Shown here in pieces: positions 49,702-59,470 of a stretch of DNA of 64,000 nt (positions within the stretch are counted from its first letter, which is position 1; each line of letters begins with the position of its first letter). This DNA is from Patescibacteria group bacterium (GTDB taxonomy: Bacteria; Patescibacteriota; UBA1384; UBA12157; JAENIV01). The translations under genes were made by a program, and so were the position numbers. The stretch spans positions 2,421 to 66,420 of the forward strand of contig JBAYHL010000001.1 in NCBI GenBank assembly GCA_041666185.1, written 5' to 3'. The notes beneath the pieces are model-generated. The model worked only from the letters and a program-made list of their open reading frames with translations, ran no database searches and was not told where the DNA came from.

Positions 49702-49775
49702 TTAATGACCTTGGTTTCGCAACTAAGGTCATTTTTTTATACAAAAAAAACAGGCTTTTTGACCTGTTCTTTTAA
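49702..49775 (+). terminator. tandem rho-independent terminators
   Basis: ATGACCTT-GGTTTCGCAACT-AAGGTCAT + T7, then ACAGG-CTTTTTGA-CCTGT + TCTTTT. Confidence 0.6.
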
Positions 49776-49778
49776 CAA

Positions 49779-50093
49779 TGGTGGAGCTGGGGGAAATTGC
49801 ATCCCCGTCCAAAAAAAGATCTAACAATCATTGACAAGTGTAAATTTTGCCTTTGTTTTCTTAATTTTACCTACTAAGACAACCTTGGTAAAAAGCAAGT
49901 TGATTTGTCATGCCCGATTCCAACCATTCAACTAACAATTGGGCGGACAGCGTTTAGCCTCGCGTTATGCTAAGGCTAGCGCAGGTGTATAAGCTGATTT
50001 GTTGCTTATTTTTTGCGACAAAATCTACGAGCTTATGTCGCCAGCTCGACTTGAAATTGTTTTTCTCTTTTCCTGTCGAATCTATACAGCCCC
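49779..50093 (-). ncRNA. ssrA: tmRNA (transfer-messenger RNA)
   Basis: Minus-strand 5' GGGGCUGUAUAGAUUCGACAGG and 3' GGACGGGGAUGCAAUUUCCCCCAGCUCCACCA match the tRNA-like domain. The acceptor is identical to E. coli (G3-U70). An internal frame ends ...GCU UAU ACA CCU GCG CUA GCC UUA GCA UAA (tag ending PALALA). Confidence 0.85.
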
Positions 50094-50126
50094 TTATTGA
50101 CTAGTATTGTAAACTGTTTAGAAGCA

Positions 50127-50156
50127 AAAGTCAAGATAAGCTATTCTCTTGACTTT
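50127..50156. promoter_or_regulatory. 10-bp perfect inverted repeat AAAGTCAAGA-N10-TCTTGACTTT overlapping the -35 (TTGACT) of the XRE/Hsp20 promoter
   Basis: TTGACT (50149-54), 17 nt, TACAAT (50172-77); the IR is centred on the promoter. Confidence 0.5.
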
Positions 50157-50191
50157 ATGTCAACTTTTCTTTACAATTGTCTCGAGACAAG

Positions 50192-50863
50192 ATGAAAATA
50201 TATATCACTCATATTTCTAAAAAAATAAGAAATCTTCGCGAAGAAAAAAAACTTACCCAAGAAGAATTGGCGGAAAAATTAGGAATTTCCAGGCAATCAA
50301 TTATTTCTGTTGAAAAAGGTAAATGTTTGCCATCGCTGCCTTTAGCCCTTAGAATGTCTGAACTTTTTAATTTAGCTTTCGACGAAATCTTCGGATCCCA
50401 AAATAACCATAAAGAAAAAGGAGTAAACATTATGCCACACTATCTATCACCCCTGTCACCTTTTGGCGACCTCGACCGAATCTTCGAAGACGAAGAAAAC
50501 ACGCCAACTTGGCCTGCACGCCGCGGTTTTTCATATCCGGCCATCAATATTAAACAAACTGCCAAAGATATTATTTTAACCGCTGATATTCCTGGCATTA
50601 AAGAAGATGAATTAGAAATTGAAGTAGGACGAGATTTTGTTAATATTTCCGGCGCACGTCAAGAAGAAGAAAAACAAGAAGAGGAAGGCTACTTTAGACA
50701 AGAAGTCCGCTATGGTTCATTTGCCCGACGTCTTTCGTTACCAATCGAAATTAGAACCGACAAAGCCGAGGCAACAATTAAAGATGGTATTTTAAAACTC
50801 GTAATGCCAAAATTAGAAATTGCCAAACCAAAGGTTACCAAAATCAAAATTAAGAAATCTTAA
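50192..50863 (+). CDS. XRE-family HTH domain fused in-frame to an Hsp20/alpha-crystallin small heat-shock domain
   Basis: N-terminal LTQEELAEKLGISRQSIISVEKGK (Cro/C1 HTH). From the internal Met (50432, preceded by AAAGGAG) a full Hsp20 domain follows (FSYPAINIKQT...EGYFRQEVRYGSFARRLSLP...LKLVMPK). No stop separates them. Confidence 0.7.
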   Translation: MKIYITHISKKIRNLREEKKLTQEELAEKLGISRQSIISVEKGKCLPSLPLALRMSELFNLAFDEIFGSQNNHKEKGVNIMPHYLSPLSPFGDLDRIFEDEENTPTWPARRGFSYPAINIKQTAKDIILTADIPGIKEDELEIEVGRDFVNISGARQEEEKQEEEGYFRQEVRYGSFARRLSLPIEIRTDKAEATIKDGILKLVMPKLEIAKPKVTKIKIKKS

Positions 50864-50907
50864 AAGCACTGGAAAATTTCATATTTTTTTGCTAAAATTA
50901 AGTTAAG

Positions 50908-51549
50908 ATGAGACTTAAACCTTATATTATTGGTATTACCGGGGGAACTGCTTCAGGCAAAACTTTTGTCATTGAAGCTTTAAAAGACTATTTTGACGGA
51001 AAAATTTTAGTTATTTCCCAAGACCAATATTTTAAAGGCGAGAGCGCTAAACAGCTTGATCGTTGGGAAAGAGCTAATCTTGACCAACCAAAAGCTTTTG
51101 ATAATGAATTATTAGAAAAACATTTAAAATTACTTTTATCAAAAAAAACGGTTTTAGCACCAGTTTATGATTTTGCTCGCCACAAACAAGCTAAAGCAAA
51201 AGTACCGCTTGAGCCAAAACCAGTTATCATTTTAGAAGGAATTTTAATTTTTAATAATCCTGAAATTCGCAATTTGATTGATTTAAAAATTTATCTAGAA
51301 GCCGATCCGGACATTCGTTTAGCCAGACGTTTACTCCGCGACATTGAAGAGCGCGGCGTTACAATTGAAAATCTTCGATCTTCAATTGAATGGTATGTTC
51401 AAAAAGTTAAACCAATGCACGACAAATATATTCACCCAATGAAACAATATGCCGATATGCGACTAGACACCAATAAAGGTTCACTAGAAGCAGCTAATAC
51501 AGTTCAAGAAAGAGTTAAAGAAATCCTTAAAAAATACGAAGAAAAGTAA
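50908..51549 (+). CDS. udk: uridine kinase
   Basis: P-loop IIGITGGTASGKT, PRK/udk family. Confidence 0.85.
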   Translation: MRLKPYIIGITGGTASGKTFVIEALKDYFDGKILVISQDQYFKGESAKQLDRWERANLDQPKAFDNELLEKHLKLLLSKKTVLAPVYDFARHKQAKAKVPLEPKPVIILEGILIFNNPEIRNLIDLKIYLEADPDIRLARRLLRDIEERGVTIENLRSSIEWYVQKVKPMHDKYIHPMKQYADMRLDTNKGSLEAANTVQERVKEILKKYEEK

Positions 51550-51555
51550 AATTAC

Positions 51556-51632
51556 GGGCGGTTAGCTCAGTTGGCTAGAGCGTCTCATTGACGTTGAGAA
51601 GGTCACTGGTTCGAGTCCAGTACTGCCCACCA
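51556..51632 (+). tRNA. tRNA-Val (anticodon GAC), CCA encoded
   Basis: Cloverleaf: GGGCGGU acceptor, anticodon stem UCUCA/UGAGA with loop UUGACGU, T-loop GUUCGAGUC. Confidence 0.8.
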
Positions 51633-51639
51633 TTAAAAA

Positions 51640-52014
51640 TTACGCTTTCCATAAACCATGGACATTGCAATACTCACGAACAATTATATTATTAGCACTA
51701 ATTGAAAATTCAGCCTCTGGGCTGTCTTTTGGTTTTAAATGTTTACGATAAATCTTACCATCGGCAATTATTTCAATCCATTGAATATAATGTTTTTCTT
51801 CCATTGGATGAGGTACTGAGCCAACGCTAACTTTAATTTTACCACCAACATTTTCAACCACTGGCACGTGTTTTTCCTTGCCTTCGTCTTCGGTTTTTTC
51901 AACTTGAAGTTTCATTGGTTGACCACAACAAACTAGTTCGCCACCACCAGCAAATAAAACTTCGACAATATTTCCACAAACATTGCATTTGTAAACCTGG
52001 TTTTGAGTAATCAT
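51640..52014 (-). CDS. dfx: desulfoferrodoxin / 2Fe superoxide reductase
   Basis: N-terminal desulforedoxin CNVCGN...CCG and centre II His/Cys ligands (HVPV, HPMEEKH, CNVHG). Confidence 0.8.
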   Translation of the reverse strand: MITQNQVYKCNVCGNIVEVLFAGGGELVCCGQPMKLQVEKTEDEGKEKHVPVVENVGGKIKVSVGSVPHPMEEKHYIQWIEIIADGKIYRKHLKPKDSPEAEFSISANNIIVREYCNVHGLWKA

Positions 52015-52041
52015 TTTACCTCCTATTTTAATTATAGCACT

Positions 52042-52767
52042 CTACCCCTTGATCATTAAGACCAATTTCCCTGATCCGCACCCTAAATGAACAACACGTG
52101 CCTGCCAATGTTTAGCTGGCAAATAAACTTCTTTTAAAATTTTCTTTGATCCAAAAATAGAATTGATAAGATTTTTTAAAATTTTTGGAGATAAAAAACA
52201 AACGACCGTATTGGGCGTAATTTCCAAGCGTTGGATTCTAACACCAATTTTAGAATTTAATTTTGATAACAAATAAATAATTTTCGAAGCAAAACCAGAT
52301 TGATTAACTAATTCCTCAATAAAAATCGCCCCGCCTGGACGAACAAGACGTTTTAATTCCTTAAGAGCAGTTTCTTGATTTTTTCTTGTTTTGGAAAAAT
52401 TTTCACCAATTAAATGATGTAAAACATCACGAATAATTAAGCAATCAAACGATTGGTCAGGAAATTTTGAACTTAAAATAGACCCTTGATAAAATTTTAT
52501 ATCAGAAGAAACCTGATATTTTTTATAAGCATTGATGAGTTCTATGTTAGAAAGCTCCACTTTGAATTTCGCTAACTTTTTAATTTCTGAAAGTAATAGT
52601 CCTCCCCCACCGCCAAATTCACAAATTTTCAATAAATTTTTAGGGTTTTTCTTTTCAGCCCATTTTACTAAAAGTGAGATTATTGGCGAATTGGCGGCCG
52701 ATTGATCGATTCTTGAATAATACTTCGCCTGTTCTTTAAAAAGCTTTTCGACAGTAGGATGTTGCAT
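52042..52767 (-). CDS. class I SAM-dependent methyltransferase
   Basis: Motif I ICEFGGGGG, motif II DCLIIRDVLHH. Confidence 0.7.
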   Translation of the reverse strand: MQHPTVEKLFKEQAKYYSRIDQSAANSPIISLLVKWAEKKNPKNLLKICEFGGGGGLLLSEIKKLAKFKVELSNIELINAYKKYQVSSDIKFYQGSILSSKFPDQSFDCLIIRDVLHHLIGENFSKTRKNQETALKELKRLVRPGGAIFIEELVNQSGFASKIIYLLSKLNSKIGVRIQRLEITPNTVVCFLSPKILKNLINSIFGSKKILKEVYLPAKHWQARVVHLGCGSGKLVLMIKG

Positions 52768-52769
52768 AA

Positions 52770-53858
52770 TTACTCATCAGTTAATCTAAATTTCAACATT
52801 GAAATTGTTAACGTTACTGCAATCCATGCGAGAACAATAATAATATTCATTGGATTCGTAAACGGTGAAGCTGCTTCTATACCAATTTGGCGAATCATTC
52901 TAAGTAATGGCGCTAACGGTAAATATTGAACAATGCTGTACAACCATTTTGGTAATTGATCGATTGGAAAAAAGACACCAGCCAAAAACATCATTGGAAT
53001 AGTAATTGCCACCGACATGCCTTGAGCAGCATCAGTTGATTTAGCAATCGAAGAAACCATAAAACCAATCGATTGAAAAAGTAAACCACCAAGCAGTGAA
53101 AATAAAAATATTAAACCAATATTACCGTAGATATGAGCGTGAAAAAAGTAAATACCAATAATTAAAATTAAACTAATTTGAAAAACATTTAAAACTAAAC
53201 GTGAAAGAACTTCAGCCATTACAAATTTCCAAGTCCGAAGCGGTGTAGTTGTAATGCGTTTTAAAATTTTGTCTTCTCTATAATTTGCCATGGTAATAGC
53301 AATACCTTGAACAGAAGCATTCATTAGAGCAAGACCAATCAAACCCATTAAAACAAAATCAAAATATGTTAGGTCGCGATCATTATTTTTTTCCTCCACA
53401 ACAGAAAAAATCGGTTGGGCACTAAGTGCTTGAAAATTAGCAATTGTTAGAAATTGATTAACAAAACCAATCACAATACCGTTTGTCTGGGCATTAGCAG
53501 GATCATCAATCACTTTAATTTCTTTAGGTGAGTTTGGCGCCATGTTACCAAAATTTTCTGGGACTACAACTATGGCGCTAATTTGAGCTTTTTTCAAAAG
53601 ATCTTTAGCTTGAGACTCATCAACATCGGTTTTAATTTTAAATAATTCTGATTTTTCAGCTGTGGTTTGAAAACTTTTAGCTATTTGGGAATTAGAATTA
53701 TTAATCAAAACAACTGTCCCGGCACTAGTTGTGCCACTACCAAAGAAAAATCCAAAAATAACTGTAAACATTAACGGAAAAACAAGACTCCAAAATAAAG
53801 CTTGTTTTCCTCGAACCATCATTTTTAAATTAGCAATAAATAGTTTAATCACTTTCAC
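52770..53858 (-). CDS. ABC-2 type transporter permease
   Basis: Six TM helices with the ABC-2 pattern; overlaps the ATPase gene. Confidence 0.75.
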   Translation of the reverse strand: MKVIKLFIANLKMMVRGKQALFWSLVFPLMFTVIFGFFFGSGTTSAGTVVLINNSNSQIAKSFQTTAEKSELFKIKTDVDESQAKDLLKKAQISAIVVVPENFGNMAPNSPKEIKVIDDPANAQTNGIVIGFVNQFLTIANFQALSAQPIFSVVEEKNNDRDLTYFDFVLMGLIGLALMNASVQGIAITMANYREDKILKRITTTPLRTWKFVMAEVLSRLVLNVFQISLILIIGIYFFHAHIYGNIGLIFLFSLLGGLLFQSIGFMVSSIAKSTDAAQGMSVAITIPMMFLAGVFFPIDQLPKWLYSIVQYLPLAPLLRMIRQIGIEAASPFTNPMNIIIVLAWIAVTLTISMLKFRLTDE

Positions 53859-54786
53859 CTTCTTGGATTCTTTTACCAGTTAATTCAATAAATAAATCTT
53901 CTAGAGTGGCTCTACCAACAGTTAAGCTTTCTGGGTCTTTGGTTTGTAATAAACCAACCGCTTTGTTTAAAGCTTTTTGATTTTTAAGATTTAATTCGTA
54001 ATGAGAAGTTTTTCCTGGTAATTTTGTAATATCACATTTTTCTAATTCGCAACTTTCAGTAAGTTTTTGAATAAATTCTAAATCATCTACTTCTAAAATA
54101 AATTCTATTTTATACGGATGCTTTGTTTGCTCAATTAATCTATGGGTTTTATCAAAAGCAATAATTTTTCCCTTATCCATGACTGCGACTCTGTCGCAAA
54201 GAATTTCTGCTTCTTCCATATAATGAGTCGTGAGAACTATGGTTTTGCCTTGCTTTTTAATTTCCGAAATAATGTCCCAAGTATGACGACGAGCCAAAGG
54301 GTCTAGTCCCGTTGTTGGTTCGTCTAAAAAGACAATATCTGGGTCATTAATTAAACTGGCTATAATTGAAAAACGTTGTTTTTGACCGCCAGAAAGATTT
54401 CTAACATATTGGTTAGCCTTGTTTTCCAAACCAACCATCTTGAAAAGTTTTTCTTTATCAGTACTTTTATCGTAAAAACTACCGAAAAGATCTAAAATTT
54501 CAGAAAGTTTTAAATGATCATAATAGGCAGAAGATTGAAGTTGAACACCGACTCTTTCTTTGATTTTTTGCCTATCTCTACGAGCATCAAATCCTAAAAC
54601 TTCAATTGTCCCACCGGTTGGCTTTCGAAGCCCTTCAATCATCTCTAAAGTTGTTGTTTTGCCTGCACCGTTTTCGCCTAAAAGCCCGAAAACTTCATTT
54701 TTTTGAACCTCAAAAGAGACACCGTCGACCGCCATCAATTTATCATATTTTTTAGTTAAGTTTTTAACAATAATTACATTGTCCAT
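53845..54786 (-). CDS. ABC transporter ATP-binding protein
   Basis: Walker A GENGAGKTT, signature LSGGQKQRF, Walker [12 protein letters not shown]. Confidence 0.9.
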   Translation of the reverse strand: MDNVIIVKNLTKKYDKLMAVDGVSFEVQKNEVFGLLGENGAGKTTTLEMIEGLRKPTGGTIEVLGFDARRDRQKIKERVGVQLQSSAYYDHLKLSEILDLFGSFYDKSTDKEKLFKMVGLENKANQYVRNLSGGQKQRFSIIASLINDPDIVFLDEPTTGLDPLARRHTWDIISEIKKQGKTIVLTTHYMEEAEILCDRVAVMDKGKIIAFDKTHRLIEQTKHPYKIEFILEVDDLEFIQKLTESCELEKCDITKLPGKTSHYELNLKNQKALNKAVGLLQTKDPESLTVGRATLEDLFIELTGKRIQEGESD

Positions 54787-54854
54787 TTTTCAAACCACAA
54801 AATTAAAAAGCTAGACTTTTCTACGCTAGCTTTTTTTAATATACATTGTTTTTT

Positions 54855-55130
54855 TTAATTCTTCAAGGACTCTTGAAGGTTTTTACCAGCTTTAAAATGA
54901 GGCAAAACTCTTTCAGGAATATCATGAGCTTGTTGAGTTTTAGGATTCAAAAAAGTCTGAGCTTTTCTCTTCTTTAAAGAAAAAGTCCCAAAACCAGCAA
55001 TTGTCACTTTTTCACCAGAAATTAACCCTTCTTTAATAGAAGCGACAAAAGCATCAAAGATTCTTGTAGCCTCTTCTTCAGAGATTTCAGCACGTTGAGC
55101 TGTTTGAGTAATTAATTCACCTTTTTCCAT
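54855..55130 (-). CDS. hup: HU-family DNA-binding protein
   Basis: HU fold signature GFGTF...R.ARNP-like arm. Confidence 0.85.
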   Translation of the reverse strand: MEKGELITQTAQRAEISEEEATRIFDAFVASIKEGLISGEKVTIAGFGTFSLKKRKAQTFLNPKTQQAHDIPERVLPHFKAGKNLQESLKN

Positions 55131-55233
55131 AATTTTAATCCTTTAAAATTTCCGCGGAAAGCACCAACTTTACTATAGTTTTATTATAGCAAACTACAAT
55201 AAATAATAACACGTTCCACCAAACCATATTTAC

Positions 55234-55262
55234 CCTTGACAAATGCCTTGAAATAAGGTATA
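55234..55262 (+). promoter_or_regulatory. consensus sigma70 promoter TTGACA-17-TATAAT with ~80-nt structured leader
   Basis: Perfect hexamers with 17-nt spacing upstream of the HAF-repeat gene. Confidence 0.55.
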
Positions 55263-55345
55263 ATATTTTAGTTGCCTTGGAATAGCTTAGCTTTCCTCAA
55301 GCGCAAGTTTGAGACAAGCTACATCTAACACAAGGAGTGTGTACA

Positions 55346-56347
55346 TTGAAAAAAGCAGGTTTCCTCTCGGTAGTTCTGGTCGTTTTCTTGTCTCTCGTGG
55401 TGGCTTTTGCCGCCAACGCCGCACAGCTTTACAACGCTATCGACCTGGGTTTTAACCCCAGGGCCATCAACAACCAAGGGGTTGTCGGTGGCACCCGATT
55501 GGTGATTAATGATGATTCAAGCTTCTTTGAAGCCGTTACATGGAAGAAAGGTGTGATCACCTCTTTAGGCACTTTTGGCGGCGGAGCCGCCGGCGTCTGC
55601 GACATTAACGATCGAGGAACGCTCCTTATTAATGTCGACCCCGGTAACGGAGCCATGGGTGACTGGACTTATTTAGTCATCCAACCGAATGGCCAGCAAG
55701 ACGAGATTAAGGGAATGGTTGGTGAAGATTATGTATATCTTCTTCGTCTGAACAACCTTAATCAGGCAGTTGGCTACTTAAGCTCGCGCACAGGAAGCCA
55801 AAAAGGTTTCATTTGGAGCCAACAGGCGCAAATAACCATCAAGATGGACGGCCGTTGTTGGCTCGAAGCCATTAACGATGCTGGTCAAGCAGTTGGTTAT
55901 GGCAGCCAAGACATTTACAGTGCACCGTCACCGATGATTTGGACGAATAGCAGCATGTGGGCATTGGACACACCAAGTGGCACCGGCGGAGTTCACGACA
56001 TCAACAACTCCGGCTGGAGCGTTGGTTCGTACGGTACCAGTGATTCCTCTGCTTTCCACCCCGCCTTCTGGACAGATGACGGATGCCTCCTCAAGTTGAA
56101 AGACTTGGGAGGATTACCGGGTTTCGCCGCAAAGATAAACAAAAGAGGCGAGATCATTGGTTTTCTTGATGGCAAGCCGGCAATATGGCAAACACCAAAA
56201 GCCAAGCCGATTTTCCTATCAGATGTCGTCAAGAATCTCAAGATTCTTGACACTATGGACATCAACGATTTAGGACAAATAATTACCGAGGCCGAAAGGC
56301 CTAACGGCACGCACGGGTACTTTTTACTCACGCGCCGTAATCGATAA
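55346..56347 (+). CDS. secreted HAF-family extracellular repeat protein (TTG start), GC-atypical
   Basis: Signal peptide MKKAGFLSVVLVVFLSLVVAFAANA; repeated AINNQGVVGG / DINDRG / AINDAGQAVGY / DINNSGWSVGSY...AFHPAFW units match the HAF repeat pattern; GC visibly higher than the window. Confidence 0.65.
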   Translation: MKKAGFLSVVLVVFLSLVVAFAANAAQLYNAIDLGFNPRAINNQGVVGGTRLVINDDSSFFEAVTWKKGVITSLGTFGGGAAGVCDINDRGTLLINVDPGNGAMGDWTYLVIQPNGQQDEIKGMVGEDYVYLLRLNNLNQAVGYLSSRTGSQKGFIWSQQAQITIKMDGRCWLEAINDAGQAVGYGSQDIYSAPSPMIWTNSSMWALDTPSGTGGVHDINNSGWSVGSYGTSDSSAFHPAFWTDDGCLLKLKDLGGLPGFAAKINKRGEIIGFLDGKPAIWQTPKAKPIFLSDVVKNLKILDTMDINDLGQIITEAERPNGTHGYFLLTRRNR

Positions 56348-56356
56348 CTAGCATGT

Positions 56357-56398
56357 TTTCACAGTCCCCCGAGGATTTTATCTCGGGGGACTTTTTTT
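56357..56398 (+). terminator. rho-independent terminator
   Basis: GTCCCCCGAG-gattttat-CTCGGGGGAC + T7. Confidence 0.75.
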
Positions 56399-56405
56399 AT
56401 TATAT

Positions 56406-57422
56406 TTAAGAACCTTGAATAGTACGTTTTAGTTCTGACCATTCTAAAATCACAACTGACAAAGCAGCAGCAACTGGCACAGCTATAAACATCCCTAAAA
56501 CCCCCATTATCTTAGCGCCTGAAAGTAACGCTAAAATAATAATTACTGGAGATAAACCCACGGCTTTACCCATAATCTTAGGCACTAAAAATTGACCTTC
56601 CAATTGCTGAATTAAAAGATAAGCAATTAAAACGAAAAGTCCCTTCCACGGTGAAATAGTTAAAGCAATTATCAAAGCCGGTATTAATCCTAACCACGGA
56701 CCAATATAAGGCACGACTTCCACAAGACCACCCCAAACTGCTAGAGTTAACGCATAAGGAACACTTAAAAAGAACAAGGCAATTCCATCAGCGATAGCAA
56801 TGATAAACATTAAAGCAACTTGTCCTCTAAGCCAACTACCCATTTTAGAACCAATTTTTCGAATAACATCAAAGATTTTTTCTTTGTGTTCCGAAGGTAT
56901 AGTTTGATGTAAAAATTGTCTTAATGAATTTTGCTCTAGAAGAACATAAAAAGAAAGGACCAAAACTGTTACAACACCAACTATTCCAGCAATAAAACCA
57001 ACTGTTGTTGTATAAAGCCCTGTACTAACTTGACCCAGTTGCGAAGAAAGATTCAATAAACTTTCTTGATAAGTAGGCAAAGTATTTTTTACAGAAGAGT
57101 AAAAAGGACCTAGTTTATTAACATAATAAGGTAAATTAACTGCTAATTGACCAATTTGATTAACAATTGGTGGAATAATTAAAAAACCAATTGCCGTTAA
57201 ACCACCCAAAAAAATAATGCTTAAAAAAACTAAAGCCAAAAGCCTTGGAATATATTTAGCCATTCTATCTACTAATGGCCCCAGGGCAGCCACAATTACT
57301 AAAACAATAAAAAACAAAACAACAATTTCCCTAATGGCGTAAAAAAACCAGACAGCAAAAATAGCAATGATGATTTTAACAATTGTCAGAGTTGAAATTT
57401 CGAATTTAACTTTATTTTCCAT
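56406..57422 (-). CDS. AI-2E family transporter (PerM/UPF0118)
   Basis: Eight TM helices with the PerM-family pattern. Confidence 0.75.
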   Translation of the reverse strand: MENKVKFEISTLTIVKIIIAIFAVWFFYAIREIVVLFFIVLVIVAALGPLVDRMAKYIPRLLALVFLSIIFLGGLTAIGFLIIPPIVNQIGQLAVNLPYYVNKLGPFYSSVKNTLPTYQESLLNLSSQLGQVSTGLYTTTVGFIAGIVGVVTVLVLSFYVLLEQNSLRQFLHQTIPSEHKEKIFDVIRKIGSKMGSWLRGQVALMFIIAIADGIALFFLSVPYALTLAVWGGLVEVVPYIGPWLGLIPALIIALTISPWKGLFVLIAYLLIQQLEGQFLVPKIMGKAVGLSPVIIILALLSGAKIMGVLGMFIAVPVAAALSVVILEWSELKRTIQGS

Positions 57423-57468
57423 ATATCACCTCTCTTAAATAGTATCATATTACACATAAAAAGATAAA

Positions 57469-57544
57469 TGGTGCCCTCGGCAGGAGTTGAACCTGTAACC
57501 TCTTCCTTAGGACGGAATCGCTCTATCCATTGAGCTACGAGGGC
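57469..57544 (-). tRNA. tRNA-Arg (anticodon CCU), CCA encoded
   Basis: Minus strand: GCCCUCG acceptor, anticodon loop GUCCUAA, T-loop GUUCAACUC. Confidence 0.75.
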
Positions 57545-59197
57545 TTATCTCATATAGATTTTATCACATTTGTAAGATATAATAAAAAGGATTTCGGGGT
57601 GTAGCGCAGCCCGGTAGCGCGCATCGTTCGGGACGATGAGGTCGGAAGTTCGAATCTTCTCACCCCGACCAAGAGTGACAGTTTCAGGTTTTATATTCAA
57701 AATGCTCTTATAGCACGGATTAATTTCGGTGTTCAAATACCCGGGATAGTTCCAGACCAATCCTGATGGGAATATTGAACACAAGAGCATTCTCTTCTGT
57801 TGTAAGTCTGAATTTTGATAAGTATTCGCCAAGTTTTTGAACTTTTCGCGAATAAAAACTGTCACATCTTCAATATTATACTTTGTGATTAAATCGTCAT
57901 CTTTCGCTATTTGGATTGTGGCGATTTTTTGTTCCAAAATCCTATTTTGTTCTTTGAATATGTCATCGGAATAAATACCAGCCAGATTTTTCTCAATTAA
58001 GGCCTGGCGGGTTTCATAGAGCTTTTTAAGCTCATCATCAGCCTGTTCTCGCCTTTTTTGTAGTGTTGCGACCCTGTGATAATAAGTTTTTCGCAGATAA
58101 GTTCCTGTTAACTCCAGAGCTTTATCAGTCATACTAACACTATCAAGAAGATTTGTTGTTGCTTCTTCTAATTCATCCATAGGCACAGAATGGCCTTTGC
58201 CACACCATTTTTGACAAAAGTAATAAGCATACCTCTGCATTTTTCCTTTGCTCCAGCCAGCCGTCAGAGATGACCCGCAACCGCTGCATTTAACAATTCG
58301 GCGTAGCGGAAAATCTTCGTTATCACGATTTTTCTTAGCGAATGGTTTGGCAATATTAACATTTCGTCCATCTAAAATGGCCTGTATACGATAGAATTGT
58401 TCTTCGGTCACCATTGGCGTATGCTGCCCCTGGACTTCTTGCTTATATTTTTTGGACACCAATTTTCCTGTATAGAACTTATTGCGGAACATTCGCTGGA
58501 TTGTTTGCGCCTTAACCTTGAATTCTCTACCCGTTCGATACTTAACTTTTATACCCTTCTCATCCATGATCTTTGCCATCTCTCGTAGTGATTTGGTTCC
58601 CGTCGCCATAAGCTCCCATGCTTCTTTTAATTTATCGAAAGCCTTGGGGTCTTTGGTCACATAGCCGTTTTCATTTAAATAGCCCAACGGGGCCAAACTC
58701 GAAGGAAGCCCCGAAAGGAACCGAGCTCGCAATCCATTCTTGGCTCGTTCTCCTCGCACATCATTATCCATCTGGGCAAAACCAGCCAGCATCGTTTCAA
58801 CAAACTTTTCAGTCGGACTATTGCCTGTTGGCTCCGAAGCTGAAATCAAACTAATCTCACTCTCGGCCAACTTTTTGCGAATTACCAAATAGTCAGCAGT
58901 TTGACGGGAAATACGATCTAGTCGATAGACTATGACCGCCCCGACTTCTTTCTTGTGTTTTCGGCAATATTCAAGCATTTGTAAAAGTACCGGACGACCA
59001 GAAATAGTTTTTGCCGATCGGCCTTCTTCGCGGAAAATCTGGTCGACCGTTAGCTTTCTTCTAGTGGCCTCTTTTGTGCAGATATCTTCCTGCGTTGCGA
59101 GAGAATAATTTTCAATTTGCTCTTCGCTAGAAACGCGAATATACATTACCGCATGTTCGGTTTTGTTCGGTTTTTGGCTAAAAAAAGATTGGTTCAT
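57545..59197 (-). CDS. large serine recombinase (resolvase catalytic domain + recombinase domain + zinc ribbon/coiled-coil)
   Basis: [12 protein letters not shown] catalytic Ser motif, RLDRISR, Cys-rich CSGCGS...CQKWC; the ORF reads antisense through tRNA-Pro before its stop. Confidence 0.85.
   Translation of the reverse strand: MNQSFFSQKPNKTEHAVMYIRVSSEEQIENYSLATQEDICTKEATRRKLTVDQIFREEGRSAKTISGRPVLLQMLEYCRKHKKEVGAVIVYRLDRISRQTADYLVIRKKLAESEISLISASEPTGNSPTEKFVETMLAGFAQMDNDVRGERAKNGLRARFLSGLPSSLAPLGYLNENGYVTKDPKAFDKLKEAWELMATGTKSLREMAKIMDEKGIKVKYRTGREFKVKAQTIQRMFRNKFYTGKLVSKKYKQEVQGQHTPMVTEEQFYRIQAILDGRNVNIAKPFAKKNRDNEDFPLRRIVKCSGCGSSLTAGWSKGKMQRYAYYFCQKWCGKGHSVPMDELEEATTNLLDSVSMTDKALELTGTYLRKTYYHRVATLQKRREQADDELKKLYETRQALIEKNLAGIYSDDIFKEQNRILEQKIATIQIAKDDDLITKYNIEDVTVFIREKFKNLANTYQNSDLQQKRMLLCSIFPSGLVWNYPGYLNTEINPCYKSILNIKPETVTLGRGEKIRTSDLIVPNDARYRAALHPEILFIISYKCDKIYMR
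57595..57671 (+). tRNA. tRNA-Pro (anticodon CGG), CCA encoded
   Basis: CGGGGUG acceptor, anticodon stem CAUCG/CGAUG with loop UUCGGGA, T-loop GUUCGAAUC. Confidence 0.8.
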
Positions 59198-59458
59198 TTA
59201 TCCCTCCCTCAATAACTCTTCTAGAGTTAAACTATTAAATGTTTGTTTCTCGTACTCATCCAGCCAGCTATCCAATAGATATTGGAATTGAGTAATATAG
59301 ACGGCTAACTCTTCATCCTGTATATCTTTAACTATTTCTCCCAAAACTGCCCGAGCTTTCTGCACTTTGTTTTCTTCCGGTGATTCAGGGAAGATGTAAA
59401 AAGAATTCTCCAAAGTCTTAAACTTTACCCCTTCCATTGGTTGTAGAACATTATTCAT
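59198..59458 (-). CDS. small acidic hypothetical protein (86 aa) immediately upstream of the recombinase
   Basis: Tightly coupled (stop/start adjacent); GGAGGGCG SD. Confidence 0.45.
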   Translation of the reverse strand: MNNVLQPMEGVKFKTLENSFYIFPESPEENKVQKARAVLGEIVKDIQDEELAVYITQFQYLLDSWLDEYEKQTFNSLTLEELLREG

Positions 59459-59470
59459 ACGCCCTCCTAA

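Noticed and set aside
50177-50191. TTG start extending the XRE/Hsp20 ORF by 5 codons
   Set aside because: It overlaps the -10 hexamer; the ATG at 50192 is the more plausible initiation codon.
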